Positions 28,862 to 37,964 of a DNA stretch of 64,000 bases are shown here, in pieces. The stretch's first letter is position 1. The number at the start of each line of letters is the position of its first letter. Source of the stretch: an uncultured Hyphomicrobiales bacterium. Lineage in GTDB: Bacteria; Pseudomonadota; Alphaproteobacteria; Reyranellales; JAQSWP01. Where the stretch lies: NCBI GenBank assembly GCA_964458605.1, contig CAYWLS010000018.1:2886-66885 (forward strand), given 5' to 3'. A program made the translations under genes and the position numbers. The notes beneath the pieces are model-generated. The model worked only from the letters and a program-made list of their open reading frames with translations, was not told where the DNA came from and made no database searches.

Positions 28862-29407
28862 GTGGCGATATGGCGCTGGATGGCGGCGGTGGCGATCTGC
28901 GTTGCCGGCTTGGCGATGGGCACGGCGCAGGGGGCGGATGCCCGGATCGGCGCCTTTGCCGGCAGCTATCAGGGTAGCGGCGTGGCCGACGGCCGCGACA
29001 GCATCTATTTCACGATCACCGCGCGCGATCTCGACGTCACGATCAAGCCCAACGGCGCCGGCTTCGAGATCTCCTGGACCACCGTGATCCACAATGGCGG
29101 GCCTTCGAGCCGGCCGCAGCGCAAGAGCGAGAAGGTCGAGTTCGTCGCGGCCGACCCCAAGAAGTCCAACATCTTCCGCGCCGCCACGCCCGGCGATCCG
29201 ATGGCCGGGCAGCCCTATTACTGGGCGCGCATCGCCGGCCAGACCCTGATCGTCTATGCGCTGAGCGTGGCGCCCAATGGCGGCTACGACCTGTCGAGCT
29301 GGTCGCGCACCCTGACACCCGCGGGCATGGAACTGGTGTTCCGCCGCCAGCGCGACGGCGAAGGCACGCGGGTGGTCAAGGGCAAGCTGGCCAAGCTCGG
29401 CCAATGA
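28862..29407 (+). CDS. secreted protein of unknown function, paralog 1 of second tandem pair
   Basis: ORF 28793..29407 trimmed to GTG 28862 (GGGGGAGA 6 nt upstream), 181 aa. Signal ...LAMGTAQG. Colinear with ORF 29561..30106. Confidence 0.65.
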   Translation: MAIWRWMAAVAICVAGLAMGTAQGADARIGAFAGSYQGSGVADGRDSIYFTITARDLDVTIKPNGAGFEISWTTVIHNGGPSSRPQRKSEKVEFVAADPKKSNIFRAATPGDPMAGQPYYWARIAGQTLIVYALSVAPNGGYDLSSWSRTLTPAGMELVFRRQRDGEGTRVVKGKLAKLGQ

Positions 29408-29437
29408 TGTCGCCCGTACAATGACGTCGCCCGTATA
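29404..29437. repeat. 17-bp tandem duplication ATGA(T/C)GTCGCCCGTA(C/T)A
   Basis: Units at 29404-29420 and 29421-29437. Each ends in a -10-like hexamer (TACAAT, TATAAT). Confidence 0.85.
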
Positions 29438-29560
29438 ATGCCGCCGCTTGCTTCCACCGGAGCCGCGATAATCGTATCTTGAGGCGACGGTATCGGCACG
29501 TGCCGGCGGCCGTCCGCGACCAAGTCGCCGCTCAATCCATCACGTCGAGGGGAATGTCGA

Positions 29561-30106
29561 ATGCGTAAGCTTGTCTGCCTGGTTGCCGCCGCCCTGCTGT
29601 TCGCCGCGCCCGCCTGGGCCGCCGGCGCGCTGCCCAAGGGCTTCTATGGCTCGTTTTCCGGCACCGGCCTGTCCGAGACCCAGCCCAACGGCAAGGTGAC
29701 GAAGGTCAAGGCGCGCGACTTCGACGTCGCCATCGCCCCGCATGGCGATGGCTTCACGATGACCTGGAACACCACCGAGTACACGATCCGCCCGTTCAAC
29801 TCGAGCATGGAGAAGGACAAGGCGGTCATCAACTTCCTGCCGACCAGCCGGCCCGGCGTATTCAAGACCGACCTGGTCGCCGACGTGACCGCGGGCGAGC
29901 CGGTGTACTGGGCGATCCTGCAGGGCAACGCATTGATGGTCTATCGCCTGGTGACCACCGAGAAGGGCAAGTTCGAAATCGCGGTGTGGACCCGCACCCT
30001 GATCAAGGGCGACAAGATCCAGCTCGAGTTCCACCGGTACGGCACCGCCTCCGCAGCGCGCGTCGTCAAGGGCACGATGAGCCGCGTGCCCGACACGCAG
30101 CGCTAG
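29561..30106 (+). CDS. secreted protein of unknown function, paralog 2 of second tandem pair
   Basis: 181 aa. Signal MRKLVCLVAAALLFAAPAWA. Shares F.GS..G.G, ARD.DV.I.P.G.GF, G.P.YWA, L.VY.L, W.RTL, VVKG with ORF 28862..29407. Confidence 0.75.
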   Translation: MRKLVCLVAAALLFAAPAWAAGALPKGFYGSFSGTGLSETQPNGKVTKVKARDFDVAIAPHGDGFTMTWNTTEYTIRPFNSSMEKDKAVINFLPTSRPGVFKTDLVADVTAGEPVYWAILQGNALMVYRLVTTEKGKFEIAVWTRTLIKGDKIQLEFHRYGTASAARVVKGTMSRVPDTQR

Positions 30107-30242
30107 AGCGGATCGCGATCGGATGGAAGCGCGGCAACGCTTCCCATCCGATCGTGTGAATCCGCTCTATTCCTCAACTGTAGAGCAAATTCACACCTTT
30201 TGACGGAATCCGAACGGTTCCGTCAAAAGGTGATCTGCGCTG
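30104..30242. repeat. palindromic doublet repeat, copy 3 (order A-B)
   Basis: Unit A is 30104-30169 and unit B is 30181-30242 (3' end degenerate: GATCTGCGCTG). The TAG of the unit A head is the stop codon of the upstream gene. Confidence 0.9.
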
Positions 30243-30274
30243 GGACAAAACGCCCGCACCGGCCGCTCTTCATC

Positions 30275-30736
30275 TCAGCGGACGGAGCGGGATGAGGCAG
30301 TATCGGCGCCGGCCGCAGCTGGCGCCGATGCCGGCGCCGGTTTCGGCTTCGGCGCCAGCCTGGCCATCGCCAGCGGTGCGATGAGCTGGGCCAGCGGCAC
30401 CATGGCGAACCAGTAACCTTCCCACAGCGCATAGTGCACGGTGGCCAGCCGCCAGCTATGGCCCAGCGCCAGCCGCGCCAGCAGCACATCGGCCATCGCC
30501 GTCGACACCGCCCACAGCACGCCGACCGCCAGCAGCGCCGCCGTGTCGCGCTGCGGCGAGCGGCGGCAATAGGTCCAGGCGCACAGCGCGATATAGGGCA
30601 GCGGCACCAGCGCCCCGTACAGCTCCGCCATCAGCGGGCCGCCGGCGCCGGCGATCAGCGTGTCGCCGATGGCGTTATTGGCCACGATCAGCGCCATCAT
30701 CGACAACCACAGCAGCAGCGCGGCCAACAGATTCAT
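30275..30736 (-). CDS. hypothetical membrane protein
   Basis: ORF trimmed to ATG 30736 (153 aa), 4-nt overlap with the cca stop. About 4 TM segments and a Pro/Ala-rich tail. Confidence 0.55.
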   Translation of the reverse strand: MNLLAALLLWLSMMALIVANNAIGDTLIAGAGGPLMAELYGALVPLPYIALCAWTYCRRSPQRDTAALLAVGVLWAVSTAMADVLLARLALGHSWRLATVHYALWEGYWFAMVPLAQLIAPLAMARLAPKPKPAPASAPAAAGADTASSRSVR

Positions 30737-31989
30737 GCCATTGCCTCTTTGACGCGGCGGCGCAGCTCGACCAGGCAGGCGGCCCGATCGGCGGCGAAGT
30801 CGCCGGCGATCCACCAGTTCTCGACCGCGCGCAGCAGCGCGCCGATGCGCGGTCCCGGCGGCACGCCCGCCGCCACCACGTCGGCGCCGCTCAAGGGAAA
30901 GCTGGGCGCCGGCCAGTCGCGCGCCAATTGCAGCGCCGCACCGAATCCGCCGGCCGCATCGAGCCGCCGCGCCGCGCCGGCCAGGGCCGTCGCCCAGGCC
31001 AGCAGCACGCGATCGGCATAAAGCTCGTCGCCCAGCCGGTAGAGCAGCCGGCGACGCTGCGGCGGCGTGGCATCGGCGTCGATGGCGGGATCGGCGGCGA
31101 CCATGGCGTGCAGCCGCTCGGCCACCGCGTTGCTGAGCCGCCAGCGCTGCGCCAGCGGCGCGATGCGGCTGCCCGGCTGCAGGCTGGCGGCCAGCCGACG
31201 CCACGGATCGGCCTCGCCCCGCTCGCGCTCCAGCGCCACCAGGGCGGCCAGCGCTTCCAGCCGACCGAGCTCGGGCAGCCAGTGCTCGAGGATTTTCTTT
31301 TCCGCCATCAGCGCCAGCGTCGGCACCGGGTCGGGCGCTTCCAGCAGGCGGCGCATTTCCTTCTGCACCCGCTCGCCCGACAGCTTGGCCATTGCGCCGG
31401 CGCCGGCCACGCAGGCCTTGAAACTTTTCGCTTCCAGCGGCGGGCGGCCATACCAGGCATGGAAGCGGAAATAGCGCAGGATGCGCAGCACGTCTTCCTT
31501 GATGCGCTCGGCCGGCTCGCCGACGAAGCGGATGCGGCCGGCGCCAAGATCGTCGCGGCCGCCGAAGAAGTCGTACAGGCTGCCATCGGCATCGGCGAAC
31601 ATGGCATTGACGGTGAAGTCGCGCCGCGCGGCGTCCTGCCGCCAGTCGTCGGTGTATTCCACGCGCGCCTTGCGGCCGAAGGTTTCCGCATCGCGCCGCA
31701 GGCTGGTGATCTCGAAATGCTTGCCGTCGGCCACCGCCGTTACCGTGCCGTGCTCGATGCCGGTCGGGATGGCGCGGATGCCGGCGCCGATCAGCAGGCG
31801 CAGCGTGTCGTCGGGCTTGCAGGCCACGGCCAGGTCGATATCGTCGATCGCCACGCCCAGCAGCGCGTTGCGCACCGACCCGCCGACGAAGCGGGCAACG
31901 ACGCCGCCGCGCGCCAGCGCCTCCAGCACACGCACGGTGGGCGCTGCCGTCATCCAGGGCTGCACGGGGATCTTGCCATTGGGCTGCAT
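30733..31989 (-). CDS. cca: CCA tRNA nucleotidyltransferase
   Basis: 418 aa. FVGGSVRNALLG, DIDLAV and EITSLRRD motifs of the PolyA-polymerase/CCA family. Confidence 0.85.
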   Translation of the reverse strand: MQPNGKIPVQPWMTAAPTVRVLEALARGGVVARFVGGSVRNALLGVAIDDIDLAVACKPDDTLRLLIGAGIRAIPTGIEHGTVTAVADGKHFEITSLRRDAETFGRKARVEYTDDWRQDAARRDFTVNAMFADADGSLYDFFGGRDDLGAGRIRFVGEPAERIKEDVLRILRYFRFHAWYGRPPLEAKSFKACVAGAGAMAKLSGERVQKEMRRLLEAPDPVPTLALMAEKKILEHWLPELGRLEALAALVALERERGEADPWRRLAASLQPGSRIAPLAQRWRLSNAVAERLHAMVAADPAIDADATPPQRRRLLYRLGDELYADRVLLAWATALAGAARRLDAAGGFGAALQLARDWPAPSFPLSGADVVAAGVPPGPRIGALLRAVENWWIAGDFAADRAACLVELRRRVKEAMA

Positions 31990-32065
31990 GGCAGGCTTAT
32001 AGCCTGTCGCCCGCCCTGCCGACAGGCGACATCGCGCCGGCCGCGACGCCCGCCGGCGCCGGACC

Positions 32066-32332
32066 CTAGCGGCAATGCGCTTCGATCAGCTTGCCGTCGA
32101 CATATTGGGACGGCACCCGCTCGCAATTCGCCTTGTCGAAGGAGCCGGCCAGCAGCAGGGCGGCGATCGCCATGACCAGTCCGATGCCCAGCAGCCAGGG
32201 CCAGGGGGCCGCGCGCAGGCGTTGCTGCAGGAAGCCGATCGGTCGCAGGCCCGCGCCGCGATACTGCCAGGCGACCCAGATCACGGTCGGCAGGGCCAGC
32301 AGCACCAGGCCGACGAAGAAGACGCGTCCCAT
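32066..32332 (-). CDS. small membrane protein (2 TM, two C-terminal Cys)
   Basis: 88 aa, MGRVFFVGLVLLALPTVIWVAW...LLGIGLVMAIAALLLAG. High GC3. Lies between the NUDIX gene and cca on the same strand. Confidence 0.5.
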   Translation of the reverse strand: MGRVFFVGLVLLALPTVIWVAWQYRGAGLRPIGFLQQRLRAAPWPWLLGIGLVMAIAALLLAGSFDKANCERVPSQYVDGKLIEAHCR

Positions 32333-32335
32333 CGC

Positions 32336-32983
32336 CTAGCCTGCGGCCGCCGCTGGCGGATCGACGGTCAGCACGTCGTAGAGATTCTTCAGCATGCCGG
32401 CGGTCGCTCCCCAGATGTAGCGGTTCTCGTAGGGCATGACATAGAAGCGCCGCTCGCGGCCGGCCCACACCGCCGAGCGCAGCTCGTGATGCGCCGGATC
32501 GAGGAAGAAGGCCAGCGGCACCTCGAAGATATCGGCCACCTCGCGCGGATCGGCGCGCAGTTCGAAGGGCGGTCGCACGAATCCCACCACCGGCGTGATC
32601 GAGAAGCCGGTGCCGGTGAGGTAAGTGTCGAGCCGGCCGATCACGTCGATGCGCTCGCGCAGCAGGCCAACCTCCTCCTCCGTCTCGCGCAGCGCCGTCG
32701 CCACGGTATCGGCGTCGCTGGCCTGCCAGCGGCCGCCGGGGAAGGATATCTGCCCGGCATGGCTGGGCAGGTCGGCGGTGCGCTGGGTCAGCAGCACGGT
32801 CAGGCCGGGCTCGCGCTCGACCAGCGGCACCAGGACCGAAGCCGGCCGCGGATTGGGTGGCGGCGCCTGGTCCTTGTTGAGCTGATGGTCCCCCCGCTGC
32901 TCGGGCTTGAGGGGAAAGGAGGCGCGCGGCTGCGCGGCGGGCCGGTACAGGCGCAGGCGGCGTTCGATCTCGGCGCGGGTCAT
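32336..32983 (-). CDS. CoA pyrophosphatase (NUDIX hydrolase)
   Basis: 215 aa. NUDIX box GGRWQASDADTVATALRETEEEVGL preceded by the LLTQRTADLPSHAGQISFPGG motif typical of CoA-specific NUDIX enzymes. Confidence 0.8.
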   Translation of the reverse strand: MTRAEIERRLRLYRPAAQPRASFPLKPEQRGDHQLNKDQAPPPNPRPASVLVPLVEREPGLTVLLTQRTADLPSHAGQISFPGGRWQASDADTVATALRETEEEVGLLRERIDVIGRLDTYLTGTGFSITPVVGFVRPPFELRADPREVADIFEVPLAFFLDPAHHELRSAVWAGRERRFYVMPYENRYIWGATAGMLKNLYDVLTVDPPAAAAG

Positions 32984-33233
32984 GCCTTGGCCTCGCCATA
33001 ATCGAACCCGAGGCTTTCGCCCCAGCCGAAGCCGCCGGTCGTGGCGACGCGGCGCGGTTTACGGCTCGAGCGAATCCCTCGATAATGCCTATGCAATGCG
33101 GCGGGGCCTGCCGTCCTTGTGGACGGAATAGGCGTTTCACGGAAAGCGTTGCTGAAGCGACCGATGGTCATTGGGGCTGCGGTTCGTTTGATTTGCCGCC
33201 GATGATATAGCGCAAACCAGCGGAGTTACGAGC

Positions 33234-34268
<1,035 letters not shown>

Positions 34269-34295
34269 GGCGCCGACAGACGGTGCGGAGCGGCG

Positions 34296-35204
34296 ATGGC
34301 CGACGCGGATAGAACGCTTTTCGCCCGCGCCATGACGGCGGCGGGCAGCCTGCCCGACCTGCTGGTCGCCGCCGATCGCGTCGCCTCCACGGTGGTGCAG
34401 GGCGTGCACGGCCGTCGCCGCGTCGGGCCCGGCGACAGCTTCTGGCAGTTCCGCCGCTACCAACCCGGCGACAGCACCCAGCGCATCGACTGGCGCCAGT
34501 CGGCCAAGAACCGCGCCGTGTTCATCCGCGAGACCGAATGGGAGGCGGCCGCCTCGGTGTGGCTGTGGCGCGACGCCTCGGCCTCGATGCGCTATGCCTC
34601 CAACGAAGCTTTGCCCAGCAAGGCCGAGCGCGCCGAGCTGATGCTGCTGGCGCTGGCCTCGCTGCTGACCGGCGGCGGCGAGCGCATCGCCCTGCTGGGC
34701 GAGGGCCGCCGGCCGGTCACCGGCCGCGCCGTGCTGCGCCGCTTCGCCGAGGCGCTGATGCTGGAGCGCCAGGGCGATGCGGCCCGCTCCGCCAGCCTGC
34801 CGCTGCGCGTGCCGCTGCCGGCCTGGGGCAATGTGGTGCTGATCGGCGACTTCCTCGACCCGATCGAGCAGATCGAAGCCGTGATGCGCCACTATGCGGG
34901 GCTGGGCGTGCTGGGCCATGTCGTGCAGGTGCTCGATCCGGCCGAGGAGACCTTGCCGTTTGCCGGCCACGTCAAATTCGCCGGGCTGGAAGACGAGGGC
35001 ACCCATCCGATCCGCCGCGTCGAGGCGGTGCGCGAGGCCTATCTGCATCGCCTGCAGGCGCAGCAGGAAGGCCTGGCCCGCATCGCCCGCTCGGTCGGCT
35101 GGACCCTGCACCTGCACCGCACCGACAAGCCGCCGCAGACCCTGCTGCTGTCGCTCTACATGGCGATCGCCCAACCGCGCGCCAGCGTGCGGGGGGTGAT
35201 CTAG
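34296..35204 (+). CDS. DUF58 domain-containing protein
   Basis: 302 aa. FWQFRRYQPGDSTQRIDWRQSAK is the DUF58 signature. Follows moxR. Confidence 0.85.
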   Translation: MADADRTLFARAMTAAGSLPDLLVAADRVASTVVQGVHGRRRVGPGDSFWQFRRYQPGDSTQRIDWRQSAKNRAVFIRETEWEAAASVWLWRDASASMRYASNEALPSKAERAELMLLALASLLTGGGERIALLGEGRRPVTGRAVLRRFAEALMLERQGDAARSASLPLRVPLPAWGNVVLIGDFLDPIEQIEAVMRHYAGLGVLGHVVQVLDPAEETLPFAGHVKFAGLEDEGTHPIRRVEAVREAYLHRLQAQQEGLARIARSVGWTLHLHRTDKPPQTLLLSLYMAIAQPRASVRGVI

Positions 35205-37964
35205 ATGTTCGGCCTGGGCAGCATCGCCTTCCTGGCGCCGTGGTTCCTCGGCCTGGCCATCCTGCTGCCGGTGATCTGGTGGCTGCTGCGCCTGCTGCCG
35301 CCCGCGCCCAAGCTGATTCGCTTCCCCGCCATCCGCCTGCTGCTGGGGCTGAAGCCCGAAGAGGAGACGCCGCGGCGTCTGCCGATCTGGCTGGCCATCC
35401 TGCGCCTGCTGCTGGCGGCGCTGATCATCGGCGCGCTGGCCCAGCCGGTGCTCAATCCGGCCGGCGCGCTCGACGGCAGCGGCCCGCTGGTGCTGGTGGT
35501 GGACGACGGCTGGGCTGCGGCGCCGGGCTGGAGCAAGCGCCAGGATCAACTGACGTCGCTGATCGACAAGGCCGAGCGCGCCGATCGCGGCGTGCTGCTG
35601 CTGACCACCGCGCCGCCGGCGCTGGACGACAACGCCTTGCCGCATGGGCTGCTGCGGCCGGGCGATGCGCGCTCGCTGGTGCGGGCGCTGAAGCCCAAGC
35701 CCTGGCCGGTCGATCGCGCCGCGCTGGTCAGGGACCTGGATTCGATCAACGTGGCGGCCGATGCCAACGTGGTGTGGATCAGCGACGGGGTGAACGATCC
35801 GGGCGCCTCGATCCTGGGCACCAAGCTGGCCTCGCTGGGCCATTTGCAGGTGCTGCTGCCCGACGCCGAGACCAGCCCGATCATGCTGCTACCGCCGGCC
35901 ACGGTGAACGGCGAGGTCAGGCTGCGCGCCGAGCGGCCGCCGGGCGGCCCGGCGGTGCCTTTTGCGGTGCTGGCCAGCGACGATCAGGGCCATGTGCTGG
36001 CGCGCGTGCCGATGAGCTTCGATGCCAATGCGCGAAGCGCCGAAGCGCCCTTCGCCGTGCCCAACGAACTGCGCAACCGCGTCACCCGCCTCGACATCGA
36101 GCGCCACAACGGCGCCGGCTCGACCGTGCTGGTCGACGAGCGTTTCCGCCGTCGCCCGGTGGGCATCGTCGGCGAGGCGCCCTCCGATACCGGCTCGCCG
36201 CTGCTGACCGAGGTCTACTATCTCGACCGCGCGCTGTCGCCCTTCGCCAGCATCAGCATCGGCAATGTCGACAAGCTGTTGGCCGATCCGCTGGCCGTGC
36301 TGCTGCTGCCCGACAGCGCCGCACCTTCCGACGCCGATCGCGAGGCGCTCAACAAATGGATCCAGGGCGGCGGCGTGCTGGTGCGCTTCGCCGGCCCCCG
36401 TTTGGCTGCCACGCCCAGCGACAATCTCAGCCCGGTGCAACTGCGCGCCGGCGACCGCGCGCTGGGCGGCGCCATGACCTGGGGCGAGCCCGCCAGGCTG
36501 GCCCCGTTCCCCGAGACCAGCCCGTTCTACGGCCTGCCCGTGCCGGAGGACGTCAAGGTCAACCAGCAGGTGCTGGCCGAGCCCAATCTGGAACTGTCCG
36601 ACAAGACCTGGGCACGGCTGAGCGACGGCACGCCGATCGTCACCGCGGAAAAGCGCGGCCAGGGCTGGCTGGTGCTGGTGCACAGCTCGGCCAATGCCTC
36701 GTGGAGCAACCTCGCCTTCTCCGGCCTGTTCGTCGAGATGCTGCAGCGCGTGGTGGCGCTGTCGCGCGGCGTGACCGGCACCAAGTTCGAGGGCCAGTTG
36801 CGGCCGTGGCGCATCATGGACGGCTTCGGCCGGCTGGGCAGCCCGCCGGTCGGCGCCCGGCCGCTGACGCAGCAGGCCGCCGCCAAGTTCGTGCCCTCGC
36901 CCGCCACCCCGCCAGGGCTCTATGGCGACGAGGGCGCGCAGCAGGCTTTCAACCTGGGCGGCCGGGTCGGCCCGCTCGAGGCACTGGGCGGCTTCCCCGC
37001 CGGCGCCGTGCTGGGCCAGATCGAGACCAAGGGCGAGACCAACCTGACGCCGATCGTGCTGACCGCGGCACTCGGCCTGCTGATGTTCGACATGCTGATC
37101 GCGCTATGGCTGCGCGGCCTGCTGCCGGCCGCCACAAGGCTGCGCCGCGCCTCGGCCACCTTGCCGCTGCTGGCCCTGGTGGTTTTCGCCGCCGTCCTCG
37201 CCGCGCCCGGCAGCTCGCGCGCGCAAGGCGCCAATGGCAGCGACGATGCCTTCATCATGAAGGCGGCACTGGAGACGCGGCTGGCCTATGTCGTCACCGG
37301 CAATGCCGATGTCGACAACATCTCGCGCGCCGGCCTGGTCGGGCTGGGCCAGGTGCTGCGCCAGCGCACCTCGGTCGAGCCGGCCGATCCGGTGGCGCTC
37401 GATGTCGACCATGACGAACTGCGCCTGTTCCCGCTGATCTATTGGCCGATCACCGCCGACCAGCCCGGCCTCAGCAAGCAGGGCATCGCCGCGGTCGATC
37501 GCTATCTCAAGCAGGGCGGCATCATCCTGTTCGACACCCGAGATTCGCTGGTCACCGGCGGCCAGGCCGGCGTCGGCCCGGGCGCGCGCGACCTGCGCCG
37601 CCTGCTGCAAGGCATCGAGATCCCGCCGCTCAAACAGATGCCCAAGGACCACGTGCTGACCAAGTCGTTCTACCTGCTGTCGGACTTCCCCGGCCGCTCC
37701 TCGGGCGGGCAGATCTGGCTGGAGGCCGGCGACGGGCGCGTCAATGACGGCGTGTCCTCGCTGATCGTCGGCGCCAACGACTGGGCCGGCGCCTGGGCGG
37801 TCGACGGCCGGGGCGATCCCATGCTGCCGGTATCGCCCGGCGGCGAGAACCAGCGCGAGCTGGCCTATCGCTTCGGCGTCAATCTGGTGATGTACGCGCT
37901 GACCGGCAACTACAAGGACGACCAGGTGCATCTGCCCAAGATCCTGGAACGGCTGGTGCGCTGA
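35205..37964 (+). CDS. BatA-type N-terminal double-TM / DUF4159 domain membrane protein
   Basis: 919 aa. ATG immediately follows the DUF58 stop. N-terminal FLAPWFLGLAILLPVIWWLL...IRFPAIRLL. C-terminal NDWAGAW...TGNYKDDQVH (DUF4159-like). Confidence 0.75.
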   Translation: MFGLGSIAFLAPWFLGLAILLPVIWWLLRLLPPAPKLIRFPAIRLLLGLKPEEETPRRLPIWLAILRLLLAALIIGALAQPVLNPAGALDGSGPLVLVVDDGWAAAPGWSKRQDQLTSLIDKAERADRGVLLLTTAPPALDDNALPHGLLRPGDARSLVRALKPKPWPVDRAALVRDLDSINVAADANVVWISDGVNDPGASILGTKLASLGHLQVLLPDAETSPIMLLPPATVNGEVRLRAERPPGGPAVPFAVLASDDQGHVLARVPMSFDANARSAEAPFAVPNELRNRVTRLDIERHNGAGSTVLVDERFRRRPVGIVGEAPSDTGSPLLTEVYYLDRALSPFASISIGNVDKLLADPLAVLLLPDSAAPSDADREALNKWIQGGGVLVRFAGPRLAATPSDNLSPVQLRAGDRALGGAMTWGEPARLAPFPETSPFYGLPVPEDVKVNQQVLAEPNLELSDKTWARLSDGTPIVTAEKRGQGWLVLVHSSANASWSNLAFSGLFVEMLQRVVALSRGVTGTKFEGQLRPWRIMDGFGRLGSPPVGARPLTQQAAAKFVPSPATPPGLYGDEGAQQAFNLGGRVGPLEALGGFPAGAVLGQIETKGETNLTPIVLTAALGLLMFDMLIALWLRGLLPAATRLRRASATLPLLALVVFAAVLAAPGSSRAQGANGSDDAFIMKAALETRLAYVVTGNADVDNISRAGLVGLGQVLRQRTSVEPADPVALDVDHDELRLFPLIYWPITADQPGLSKQGIAAVDRYLKQGGIILFDTRDSLVTGGQAGVGPGARDLRRLLQGIEIPPLKQMPKDHVLTKSFYLLSDFPGRSSGGQIWLEAGDGRVNDGVSSLIVGANDWAGAWAVDGRGDPMLPVSPGGENQRELAYRFGVNLVMYALTGNYKDDQVHLPKILERLVR

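Noticed and set aside
32995-33030. TCGAACC-containing stretch that briefly looked like a tRNA T-arm on the minus strand.
   Set aside because: The flanking bases do not form a T-stem or an acceptor stem, and the segment overlaps the NUDIX coding start.
32980-33171. 63-aa ORF overlapping the start of the NUDIX gene (ATGA overlap) in the NUDIX-moxR divergent spacer.
   Set aside because: No recognisable motif, atypical composition, and it lies where the two divergent promoters should be. It is kept only as a remote possibility.
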